64,000 bases of DNA from the human T2T-CHM13v2.0 reference genome, Homo sapiens. The DNA lies in assembly GCF_009914755.1 (NCBI RefSeq), contig NC_060947.1; one strand, given 5' to 3'. A program made the position numbers and the translations under genes. The notes beneath the pieces were generated by a model. It worked only from the letters and a program-made list of their open reading frames with translations, did not search any database and was not told the origin of the DNA. Positions 28,492-40,800 of this stretch are shown here, piece by piece (position 1 is the first letter of the stretch; each line of letters opens with the position of its first letter).

Positions 28492-30892
28492 TACATTAGT
28501 CTGTTCTCACACTGCTATAAAGAACCACCTGAGACTGGGTAATTTATGAAGAAAAGAGGTTTAATTGACTCCAAGTTCCACAGACTTAACAGGAAGCATG
28601 ACTGGGAGGCCTCAGAAACTGAATCATGGGAGAAAAGCAAAGGGAAAGCAAGCACTTTCTTCTCATGGCAGCAGAAGAGAGAAAGCGTGAGCAAGGGGGG
28701 AAGTGCCATACACCTTTAAACAAGCAGATCTCATGAGAACTCACTCATTATCAGGAGAACAGCATGAGGGAAGTCCACCCCCATGATCCAATCACTTCCC
28801 ACCAGGTCCCTTCCCCAACATTAGGAATTACAATTCGAGATGAAATTTGGGTGGGGACACAGAGCTAAACCTTATAATTCCACCCTTGGCCCCTCCCACA
28901 TCTCATGTCCTTCTCGCATTTCAAAACCGATCATGTCTTCCCAACAGTTCCCCAAAGTCTTAGCTCATTTCAGCATTAACTCAAAAGTCCGAGTCCAACG
29001 TCTCATCTGAGAAAAGGCAAGTCCCTTCTGCATATGAACCTGTAAAATAAAATAAAAAAAAAATTAGTTACTTCTGAGATACAATGGGAGTACAAGCATT
29101 GGCTAAATGCTCCTATTCCAAAAGGGAGAAAACAGCCAACAGAAAGGGGCTACAGGCCCTTTCCCATGCAAGTCCAAAACCCAGTAGGGCAGTCATTAAG
29201 TCTTAAAGGTCCAAAATAATCTCCCTTGACTCCATGTCTCACATCCAGGGTATGTTGATGCAAGAGGTAGGCTCCCAAGGTCTTGTGCAGCTCTGCCCCT
29301 GTGGCTCTGCGGGGTACAGCTCCCATGGCTGCTTTCATGGGCTGGCATTGAGTGCCTGAGGCTTTTCTAGGCTCACAGTGAAAGGTGACAGTGGATCTAC
29401 CATTCTGGGATCTGGAGGATGGTGGTCCTCTTCCCACAGCTCCACTAGGCAGTGTCCCAGTAAGGTCTCTGTGTGGGAGTTCCAACCCTACATTTCCCCT
29501 CTGCACTGCCCTAGTAGAGGTTATCCACGAGGGCTCCACCCCTGCTGCAGACTTCTGCTTGGACATCCATACATTTCCATCCATCCTCTGAAATCTAGGT
29601 GGAGGCTTCCAAGCCTTAACTCTTGCCTTCTGCACATCTGTAGGCCCAACACCATGTGAAAGCTGCCAAGGCTTGGGGCTTGAGCCTTCTGAAGCAACAA
29701 CCCAAGCTGTACCTTGTCCCCTTTTAGCCATGGTTGGAGCTGGAGTTGGTGGGACACAAGGCGCCATGTCTGGAGGCTGCCAGAGCAGTGGGGCCTTGGG
29801 CCTGGCCCACAAAACCATTTTTCCCTCCTAGGCCTCCAAGCCTGTGATGGGAGGGGCTGCTGCAAAGGTCTCTGACATGCCCTGCAGACATTTTCCACAT
29901 TGTCTTGGCTATTAACATTAGGTTCCTTTTTACTTATGCAGGTTTCTGCAGTCAGCTTGAATTTATCCCCAGAAAATTGGTTTTTCTTTTCTACCATGGT
30001 CAGGCTGTAAATTTTTCTAACTTTTATGCTCTGCTTCCCTTTTAAATATAATTTCCAGTTTCAGATAATTTTTGTTCATGCATATGAGCAAACACTTTTA
30101 GAAACAGCTAGGTCACATCTTTAATGCTTTGCTGCTTAGAAATTTCTTCTACCAGATACCCTAAATCATCTCTCTCAAGTTCAAAGTTCTACAGATCTCT
30201 AGGGCAGAGTCAAAATCTTGCCAGTCTCTTTGCTAAAGCATACCAAGAGTGACCTTTACTCCAGTTCCCAACAAGTTCTGCGTCTCCAGCTGAGACCACC
30301 TCAGCCTGGACTTCATTGTCCATATCACTATCAGCATTTTGGTTACAACCATTCAACAAGTCTCTAGGAAGTGTCAAACCTTCCCATATCTTCCTGTCTT
30401 CTTCTGAGCCCTCCAAACTGTTCCAACCTCTGCCCATTACCCAGTTCCAAAGTTACTTCCACATTTTCAGGTATCTTTATAGCATTGCCCCTCTCCCAGT
30501 ACCAATTTTCTGTATTATCCGCTGTCACACTGCCATAAAGAACTAACTGAGACTGGGTAATTTATAAGGAAAAGGGGTTTAATTGACTCAACGTTTTGCA
30601 GGCTTAACAAGAAGCATGACTGGGAGGCCTCAGGAAACTTACAATCATGGCAGAAGGGTGAAGGGGAAGCAAGCACCTTCTCATGGTGGCAGGAGAAAGA
30701 GGGAGAGTGAGGGGTAAGTGCCACACACATTTAAACCATAAGATCTCATGAGAACTCATTCACTATCTTGAGAACAGCATGGGAGAAATCTGCCCCCGTG
30801 ATCCAACCACCTCCCACTAGGTCCCTCCCCCAACACTGGGAATTACAATTCAACATGAGATTTGGGTGGGAGTACAGAGCCAAACCATATCA
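28492..30892 (-). mobile_element. Complete THE1D-type MaLR provirus (LTR 28492-28877, internal 28878-30510, LTR 30511-30892)
   Basis: Two homologous ~380-bp LTRs with AGCATGACTGGGAGGCCTCAG motif flank a ~1.6-kb THE1 internal region; 5-bp TSD CTTAG/CTTAC; ORF 29150-29818(-) is a decayed THE1 internal ORF. Confidence 0.92.
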
Positions 30893-31869
30893 CTTACTAT
30901 CATTGGCAGCCCCAGAAAGTAGCCACTGTGTTATTTCATACATTTCTCAAGGAAAACAAACCAGAATCTTCACAGAGTTTGTCTTACAGCATCCTCAGAC
31001 CAGCCCTGTGGTAGAGCAGAAATGACTGTCCTGATTTTTCATATAATGTAACTGAGGCTCAGAGAGGTTAAGTGACTTGCCCAAAGCAAAAGAGTCAGTT
31101 AGTGGCAAAAATTGAACTTGAAAGTGGCCCTGATTCCAATCTCTCCTTGACAGCAACTCTTGCAGTAGATCTATTTTTCCTGATTTCATTGACTTCATCC
31201 TTGGCATTGGACCCAAAATAGAGCAGCAAATAAAATGGAATCAATGGAATTAGAACCTTTGTTAAGATAACTCTAATGTTGAGTCCATTTATAAACTGTC
31301 CAGATGTCCTGTTCCTACAACTTTTGTTCAAAGTTTAAAATTGAACATTTTTTTTTATAGCTCCTGTCTCATATACCTGAAGTTCAGGCCAGGAAGAGTC
31401 ATGGAAAACTCCAGAGAAAGATAGAGAGGAAAAAAGTACTTGTTCCCAGAACACCTTGTGTAATATGAAGGGGAGAACGCTCACACCAAGATCTATGGAG
31501 CACAAGAGATTGGTGGCTACAGTCCCTCACCATGAGTGGATAGGTGTTATTCTTCCATTTAAGCATTTAACAAAGAGGCACTCTCCCCTTGACAATATCT
31601 ATACATGGCAAATAGGAATCAATCATTTCAGCCCCCTTGGGTCTATTTGCTAAGTAATCCATCAAATAGCTGAAAGGGTAATCCAATTTGGTGGGTGTGA
31701 TGACGAAGTACAGTTATTTCAATCATTTGCATCATATTCTCAAGTGGATAACTGAAGAGTTGATCAGAACCAAACTGCCAAAATAACTGAAAGAAGAAGA
31801 TAGACTTGCAGTGGTGTGACCTTTGGGTGCAGCAGGTGGTGGGCAGAACAAGGGCTCACAGACATGAGG

Positions 31870-32090
31870 AAGGCAGATTTCTAACCCAACCCCAGAAAGA
31901 CCTTCCAATCAACAGGGCTGCATACATGGGCACAGACTGACTCCATGAGAGAAGAGGCACCTGCCATGTCCAGGACACTGCTTGTAGACAGTGAGGCCCT
32001 TTGGCAAGGACTCTGTGGAGGAGATTCCTAGGTCTGGTAGGAGGCTGATCTGAGTTCCTTACCCTTAAAGAGCCTAAGGCTTCTATGATT
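31870..32090 (+). mobile_element. L3/CR1 3' end (a similar fragment lies at ~23080-23255)
   Basis: Ends in TTCTATGATT, typical of CR1 tails; highly diverged. Confidence 0.5.
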
Positions 32091-32639
32091 ACAGCACTAC
32101 ACCAGCTTATCCTCTATACTGGGGACTGCCCAGGACAAGACCATTATGAGGGTTCCAGAATATGGAACTGGTTCTACAAATGGCAAATATGTTCCATGTA
32201 GATAGGGCCTGAGTTTCTCCTTGGATGTGAATAATGTATTTAAGATGGTGACTGTAAATTTATTGAGGGGAGGGACCACATCTTATTCACCTATTTTGTG
32301 TAAGATACTCCACTGGGCACTTAAAGGAGCTATGACGGTGAGGAAAGTACAGCCTCTACCCTAAAATCACTAGGCCAATGTGGGGAGGTGAGCAGCACAC
32401 TCTATAAAATGTTTGTAAATAGCACAAATCAAAGACAAAATATGAAAAGTGCCATAATAGGAAGTTTGCAAAACTCTAGGAGCACAGAAAATGGAGGCTG
32501 ATTCCAACAAGGAGGATCTGTGAAGGCATCGTGAAGGAGGCAGCATTGGACCTCAAGAGATGAAAGGAATTTTGACAACAAAGGGAAAGCACTAGAGGAA
32601 TAGGGAGTACTATGAGCAAAGACTTAGAGGTAGACAATG

Positions 32640-32870
32640 GAGGCACAGTAATGCCAAGTTGGAACCAGGCTGCCTGGATTTGAATTCCAGCTTGGCCACC
32701 TGGTAGCTATGTTTTTAAGCAAGTTGCTTAGCCTCTATGTGCCACTGTACCTAATCTTTAAAATTAGGATACTAATAGTAGCTCCCTTATGGGGTTGTTA
32801 CGAAGATCACATAAGTTAATCTAGGTAAAGCATCCAGAACAGTGCCTGAGACTCAGGAAGCATTATCCAT
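32640..32870 (+). mobile_element. MIR
   Basis: CTGCCTGGATTTGAATTCCAGCT...AAGCAAGTTGCTTAGCCTCTATGTGCC...AGAACAGTGCCTG. Confidence 0.75.
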
Positions 32871-35199
32871 TATTTCTTTGTCATGAATGCAGTAGTCAAA
32901 ACCCATTTATAGTTTTGCTCTTATCACATTCTGAGGTAATAAGTGCCTTGCTTTTAATTGTCTGCAGCTTAATGAGGCAGACAATGAAAATCGGACCACT
33001 GTTTCTCCTAATTAAAGTGTTGGAAGAACATAAGTCATCCCCAGTTTACTGATGAACAGGCTGTGCACCAAAAGCTTATTTGTACATCCTACTTTTGGAA
33101 CTCTGAGGACATTTTTCCATAGAAACATTGCACTCAGTTATGTATGACTGCACTAGTCCTCCAAAGGTAGGTAAGGCACAATGGAGGAAAATACCAGGTC
33201 TGAGGGCACCAAAGGGAGTTCTAGAGTCTTCAAGCAGAAATTTCCTTTTATGGAGTGGTAGGCAAAGGAGAGATTTACCCAAAGTTGGTAATGGAAAAAG
33301 TCACTTCAATTCAACTACCATTTCCTAAACAAACCACTGTGCCTGGCACTGTGCTTGGTGCTACAGGGGGATTTTGGAGATGAATTTTGTGTTTTTTCTT
33401 TCAGTGTTACAATTGACTGGGTCTTTTCCCTCCTCCCTATTTCCTGATCTTCAGTCTCCTCAGGCTATACTAATGCTTTCACTCCAGCATTTTTTTAGGT
33501 GTGTTCCCTAACCCACTTCAGTAACAAAGAAAACAAAAAGGTTGTTGGGGGTGAAGGGTCAGTTTATAAGGCAACTAAGTGTTAGAAGGAAAGCAATTGA
33601 ATTGAAAACATTCACCTTGAAGTTGGAGCTACAAAGTAGGCAGGTCAATCCAGTCCTCCATCCACCCACTGGATACTCCTCTTACTTTTTTATTCTGCCA
33701 AACCTGTGTGCTCCGAGAAAGCATCAAGTTATTTGCACAAGAATTTCCCCCCAGTTAAATGACACTTCAGCTAGGGAACAGGGGCAAAGATGGAGTGGGA
33801 AGATGCTGAGATGATAATCACTTTTAAGTTAAGGACTGGATTTGGCCTGACTCATCTATCATCTTCATTTGTTTTCTTGCAACTTGTGTGTGTGTGTGTG
33901 TATACTTGTTAGACTGAGGGAGGGAGATGGTCTGAAGTTCACATATAGAGAGCCTTCTTGGCAACAAGAACCATCCCCTACCTTGATCACATTGACCAAA
34001 CATCTGGCTGATAGGCCTAGCAGCTGACATCATTTAAGATGTGGAAAGGTGGAATTGGTGACAAGCGCATAGCCCTAGGTCTGTGATGTATTGGCCCCAC
34101 TCCCCACAAGCCTCAGGTTTGTGATGTATTGCCCCCTGCTCCCCACAATGTGCTCAGTGAGGGAAAAAAGTCTTCTCCCAGAGGTGATGAAAAGTTTGAC
34201 ATGGCCAAGGAAGTTTCCTTTTAAATGAATTTTCCATAACAAAGGTGTTGAAATTAAAAGCCAGCCTCTAGGGTTTCTGATTTCAAAATAAGCAAGTCTC
34301 TGGTTATTGTCATATATCAACTCCATGTCATAGAGAAATACAGAAATATTTTTCTGCAAAAGCTAATGCAGACAGGCAGCAAGTTCCCTTTTAGCTAAAC
34401 TTATTTAAAAACTCTCAAGAGAACAAATCTGAATTGATCATGGAACTTGATCAATGATGACTAAGTGTGGCTCCACATTGATTTGTCTTGCATAGGAACA
34501 GACCTAGTTAAATGACAAATAAACCCCAAAGCCACTCCCTTCAGCAATATGTGAGTGCAACTCCCACCTCGATTCTTTTGACTTGTTTAACCTCTATATT
34601 GTATTAATTTTTTTTCTGAAGAGATTTTTCTTCTTAGAACAGAGGGAAAGTGACACATAGTGAACAGTCAATGTGCTTCCAAATTTAACTGGTAATTTTT
34701 TAAAGAGAAACTTATATTGACTTTTAAAATGTAGAAAATTGATGAAGGCAAATGAATCCTCAGATCCATTAGATGAAATCACTTTTTGTTTTCCAGTTTG
34801 CTAAGATAGAATCTCAAAATAATACAGATATAATATTGGTGACAGCCAACAAAAATATTTGAGGTAACAGAAGGAATGAAACTTTTTAATCAAATGCTTA
34901 ATCAAAGTTTTAATCAAACATTCTCTGATGGCTCACCAATGGAAACATTAAATGAATGTAAAATATGCTTTGTTACGATATCTCTACCGTTTGGGAGCAG
35001 GTATGTGGGATGGGGGCCTTTACTGGTCCCACAGTTCCTGGGCCTATCTTATGTACTGTTCCTGGTCTGTGGTTTTCTGTCACACTCAGTGCTTCCCTAC
35101 TGCTGACCTCAAAATGCACACACTGTGCTCCTGCCATAGTGTGTGGAGGTCACGATGGAAGGATTGAGAGTAAATTTCTGCTTTATAGGCTTCTTTTCC

Positions 35200-36360
35200 T
35201 CGGCTCAACTCTCAAATGTCAGTGAGTCTCAGGGTTCTTCTGCCCTAGACTGTCCTTTTTCCCCAGACCACATATTCTCCAGGATAAGCTCAGTCATTTT
35301 TGTGGCTTCAGTTACTAACTACACATACGATGGTATAGACCCAACTACCTACTGGTCATCTTTATCTGAATGGCCTTCAAATTCAGCATGTCTTTCCTGT
35401 AAACTTTTGTATTTCTGATGCTAAATGGCATCTTCATCTGCTAATCACCCAAGCCAGAAACCTGAAAGTCATCCTAGACTCCTTTGTGTCTTCCAAACCC
35501 ACATACAATCTATCATTAACTCCTGTTGATTCTATCTTCTGAGTACCCTCTCTAATCTGTGAATTTTTCTCCTTTCCTACTATACTATTTTTAGTCCAAG
35601 GCACTCTGTCTCTTGCCTGGACCTCCACTTTCCCTTCACCCACTTACAATCCATTCTCCACACTGCACCCAGAATGATGCTGCTAAACTTAACTAAACAA
35701 AGCAAAATCACAATCTGATCCTGTCACTCCCCTCCCCTTGAGAAACAGGCATTGCTCCCCACTGACAATAGAATCAAGTTTAGCCTTGTCTTCCACCACT
35801 GGAGGCCTCCTTATTTCTGGAGCAAACCATCTTGGCTCTTCCAGGCCTCTGTGCTTCTAGACAATCTATCCTCTTTGACTAAATTCCCAGTATAGCATAG
35901 TGGTAGTTAAGGTAACAGGTTTTGGAATCAGATAGATCTAGGTTCAAATCCTGGCTCTGCCTTCTACCTGAACTAGCTGTGTGGCCTCAGTCAAGTTAAT
36001 CTCTCTGAACCCCAATTTTCTCATCTCTTAATTGGAAATAGCAAAAGCACTTACTGCACAGAAATAAGTGAGCTAGTACTTGTGACACACATTATTCCCT
36101 GCTTTCCCAATTGAGTGAGTGCCCAGCTGAGACCCAACTTAAATATCACCTCTTCTGTAAAGCTTTTCTTGGCTAATGGCACCATAGTTGGTCCTTGTCT
36201 CCTTTGTATTCCATTGGGCACTTTTGTGCACTCACAGTTTTTGCCACTTGCCCACTTGCAGTGTAAGTATTTGTTTGTACCTCTGTGCCCTCCTTAGCAC
36301 CTAGCACAATACCCAACACAGTGAGCACACAGTAAAGCATTTGGTAAATGCTGAATGAGT
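35200..36360 (+). mobile_element. L2 with a nested MIR (~35890-36090)
   Basis: CCCAAGCCAGAAACCTGAAAGTCATCCTAGACTCC L2 motif; L2 tail ending GTAAATGCTGAATGAGTGA. Confidence 0.65.
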
Positions 36361-37090
36361 GAGGCTGATTTTGGAATGTCAGATTTGTCCTCCAGATTTG
36401 AAGGCATAATATATCACAGAGCAACCTCAGCAATGAGGAGGAAGGGATTCTCTTAGTGCTGTAGTTTTCCTCCAGTATTTTTATTTATGAAATAGAACTG
36501 TTTGCCAAGTTTTTGTTTATCTGTAATTCTGACTAGTTCTCCCTCTCTGTCCTGTGAGGGGAGATTTTCAGTGATAATTCCACCTAAACATTCAGAGCTG
36601 TCAACATTTACCTACACCCCTCTGCTCTGCCAGAGATTGCATCTGGAGAAGCCAAAGGCAAAGCCATATTCAGCCCAGACCATTTTTCCTTCTCTCTGCG
36701 ATGAGTATCCTACACGTGGCCCTTACCCTTTCTGGGCCTCAGTTTCCCCATCTGTTACCTGAAGCCTCACTAGATAATCTCGAAGGCCCTTCTCAAGGAG
36801 GAAGTTCTCTGATTATAACTAACATTTGCCTGTGGGTGCGTAGAAATTATGTTATGATTATAAAACACATGTTATCTCTATGAAATAAAATCCATGAGGT
36901 ATTATCATCTCTATTTTTTCAAATTAAACTGAGGCTGGAATAACTAGATCAGTCCTACAACTCCCACAGAAGTTGCAGGCAGCTCCTATGAATCCACATC
37001 CCTTGCTGTAGCCTGTTGTTTAAGGTCTTCCATGTAGACCAAGCTGAGCAACATGTCTCTCTGTGGTGTGTGCTTGAAAAAGCCATGTCT

Positions 37091-37255
37091 TAGCTGGGCA
37101 TGGTGGCGGGCGCCTGTAATCTCAGCTACTCCGGAGGCTGAGGCAAGAGAATCGCTTGAACCCGGGAGGAGCCGAGATGATGCCACTGCACTCCAGCCTG
37201 GGTGGCAGAGCAAGACTCCATCTCAAAACAAAAACAAAACAACAACAACAAAAAA
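37091..37255 (+). mobile_element. 5'-truncated AluS (right arm only) with a short internal deletion
   Basis: TSD GAAAAAGCCATGTCT at 37076-37090 and 37256-37270; (A4-5C)n tail. Confidence 0.88.
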
Positions 37256-37664
37256 GAAAAAGCCATGTCTATTGCCACAGCTGTTCTCAGGACCATCATC
37301 ATTGAGGGAAGGGCACAGAGCACTGATGAAGACCCCAGGTGAATTTAGGGGAGAAAGTGCTTAGTCAATGGGTGGCCTTTCAGAGAAGGTGGCTGTGGAT
37401 CTCATTCTCTCAGACCAGTGAAAAAGTGATGAAAACAAAGAAAAATAATGGAATAAAACTGAATATAGAGATCCTCAGTTAGGCTCATAGAGGCAGAAAC
37501 TATTTTTACAGGATTGGGTTACATCAATACAATGTTTCTGAAGACATCTTAGATTCATAGATTTAATTACTGTCCCATATCCCCAAAAGCAGATCACCCC
37601 GAACTGAAAAAATGCTACCTTTGAGAAAGGAACTGGGTTATATATTCCACTGACTCAAACGATT

Positions 37665-37840
37665 TTTTAATCTGGAAAAGGTGTTAGAGATCACTTAGTC
37701 TGACACCCTTATTTTACATACATAGGAACTGAGGTCTCGAGAGGTGAATTGACTTGCGAAGGTCACACAGAAAATCAGTAGAGAAGTGAAATGAGGATCT
37801 GGGACTCCCAACTCCCAGTCTAAGTCTCTTTTTATTATAC
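37665..37840 (-). mobile_element. MIR
   Basis: ATTTTACATACATAGGAACTGAGGTCTCGAGAGGTGAATTGACTTGCGAAGGTCACACAG. Confidence 0.75.
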
Positions 37841-40800
37841 CTTGTTTTATTTATTTAAATCCAGATGCTAAGTGCGACAATACCCAGTGGAAGAGAAAGG
37901 AAAAAAGAAAGATTAATTTATGTTTCTGTTTAAAGCAGAAAAAGTGCTAAAACCAAAATGACTCTTAGATTATAGCCATTAATCAGTTAAAATCATATGA
38001 AAATATCACAACCACCATTACCAGCACCTCCTCCCCACCACCACCACACCCACGTACACATACACCCTGTTTGCCATGAAAAATTCAGATCTGTTAGTGA
38101 TCAAAACCAGCTCTGGGTCTGGAATAGCCTTTTCTGGGAATATATATACAAACTTTGGCAGGAGTTCAACCAGCGCAGCTCAAACATCCACACCCACACC
38201 AAATCCTGGGCAATATCAGTCTCCTGTCAAATGCAGACATTTTCTGGGAACTTGGGGATGATGATTATGGCAACCTGTGGCCCTGAAGGCTCACAGGCCA
38301 ATCTAGGTGGATTTGATTAAGCCAATGGGTGTAGCAGAATAAGCTTTAACATTCCATCATTTTATCATTCTTCATAAAATTAAGTATCAAAAATAATCTC
38401 GTTAGGAAAATTATCCTATATTTCATATCTTCTCAAGAGCCGAAATTCAGACTTAGAGGAAGAGTTGGTTTGTTTCCTCTATTTCATAACTTTCACATTC
38501 TTGTGAGCATGATCTTCACTGGCTTAGGATTTTGAACACTCTAAAAGGGTCACTTCTAAAAGGTAGGTAAAAGTGATGATGTGGAATCAGTGTTACATGA
38601 GATTATGACTTTTGCTATGGAAGCAGGACCTTGGATAGCATTTGTGCTGCTAAGTGTGGGGTTAATGGGGTTCTTCACCCAGGCATTTGGATGCCTGAGT
38701 GGCTCACTGGATGGAGCAACAAGACTAGCTCGAGAGTCCACTTGCTGAGGATGGGGTAAGATGGTGAGAGCTCCCATCCCCATGCCAGGCTCTGTTGTTC
38801 AGGGACTGAGTAGGGTTAATCCTAAGAGTGAAAGATCTTCAGTTCTTGAGATTGAGTAGAGCTTGACCAGTTAAGGACTGACATCAACTCTCAGTAAGTA
38901 GGTGACCAAGTGGAGAAGAAGGAAGAAGACATAGAAAAGCAAAACCATGAAAGATTAGGAAATGAAATGGCAAAGGAAATCCTGGTTTTAAAAAAAGAGT
39001 TGGGAATTGATGAACTTGAAGGTAATTCCATAGAATTAGCTAGGAACATAGTGGAAATATTCTGGGAAATGCCTCACAGACCCAATTACTCAGTTACTAT
39101 CTTAAGTTGACCAAAAGAGGAAATAGGATTTCCCCAAAAAGAAGGGCACCAGAAAGATGCCCCAACCCTTGCTCTCTTAGAGACTTTGAATCCAACGGAT
39201 GACGCTTATACAATAAAGAGTATGTAAGTCCAGGTGCAAAGAAAGAGCTTATTGAAAGGACTTAAAATGATAAAAGACAAAAGAATCGGGCTGCTGAGGA
39301 AAATGATCTCTAATACTGAACTTCAGAAGTATATGAGTGCATTAGTGGCTTAAGTGGCCAATAGGGCCAAGCATTGCAGAGAAGAGGAGGAGGAAGCCAA
39401 AGGAAGGGGAGCAAAGGAGGGGAAGCAAAGCTTAACTGCAATGCTGCCTGAACTCAAATGGAAAATAATCAGTCTTATGTAAGGTTTTCTATAGAAACCA
39501 CAGGCAATACATATATAGAATATATAGAAACCACAGGCAATACAATATATTTGAAATGCAATTTCAAATGGAAAATAATCAGTCCTACGTGAGGTTTTCT
39601 ATGGAAACCACAGGCAATACAAAGGTCAAGCTGAGGCAACATGAATGAGCTTCACTTCATCACCTCATGTCTTCACTTCATCACCTCATCCCTTCACCTA
39701 TCATGTCTTTATTAATGAAATCTGGCTTTTGCCCCTTCCACTCTCAGATCGTTCTGGCAAAGGTCATTCATTCATCCATGCAACAAATATTTAGTAAGGA
39801 CCTACTCAGTGCTTTGCACTGAGCTGGGCACTTGAAATTCAGACAGAATTAGACAAGGTCCCTGCCCTCAAGGAGCTTTTAGTTGTGTAAGGAGACATAT
39901 TTATGTAATCAAGCAAGCTCTCTCAAGTCTTTAATGGTCTACAACAGGAATTTTTGCCTGAATGGCATTGTCCCCAGGCACTTTCATGTTTTAATATCTT
40001 TGCTCGTGCTGGTGCCTCTGATTACAATCCCATTTACACCCTCCTACCTCCTACCTCCTGTTCACCATTCAAGGTCTACATCAAATATCATCTTCTTTAT
40101 ATAAATAATTGTTCTCTCCATTTCTATATCTTTTTCTCCCAACTATTTCTAAAAATCTCTGTCTCATCATATTATTTTACTTGTTTGCTTATAGCTCTCC
40201 CCCTCTACAGAGAGGGCCAATTAATGAATCTATCTCTGTATCTCCAGTGCTCAAAACTGTATATACTTTGGAATGAATGAATGCATGCATGATTAAACGA
40301 GTTGGCTGATGAGCTTAACCACCATAACACTAGCTAACTAAGTAACTGCCTCTCAATTCTCTCTTACCTTCATGGATGTCCAGGGCAGTTTGGGGGATGT
40401 GTGTGTGTGTGTGCACGTGCTCGCGTGTTCTATTGCTTTGTTGTTTGTTAATCAAGTTTTTAAACTATCATCTTTGCTCTCCACCTTTTTTTGGCTCTAA
40501 TTGGGGTAGCTGGAAGTCTGGCAGAACTGGTTTTGAGGCAGCAGAATATCCACAGTGAGTACCTATCATCTAGGACTAAAGCACTCTGAAGAGAAACTGA
40601 TCCTCCAACCTGCTGCTCAGAGACCCAGGGATCCCAATTTTGGGCTTCAGAGTCTCAAGTTTATGTCACCATCACTCCTTGAAACAATGCGTGTTTATCC
40701 CCTTATCTCCTAGCATGTTGCCAAGAGGTTTTCATTGTTGAGTTCCTTTCCATTTCTTCTGCAGATCCCAGCACGCTCCTGTGGCACTTTGTCACAGCGT

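Noticed and set aside
28780-28800. DUX4 binding site in the THE1D LTRs
   Set aside because: The corresponding positions read TGATCCAATCA and TGATCCAACCA (~30799), departing from the TGATTCAATTA-type motif
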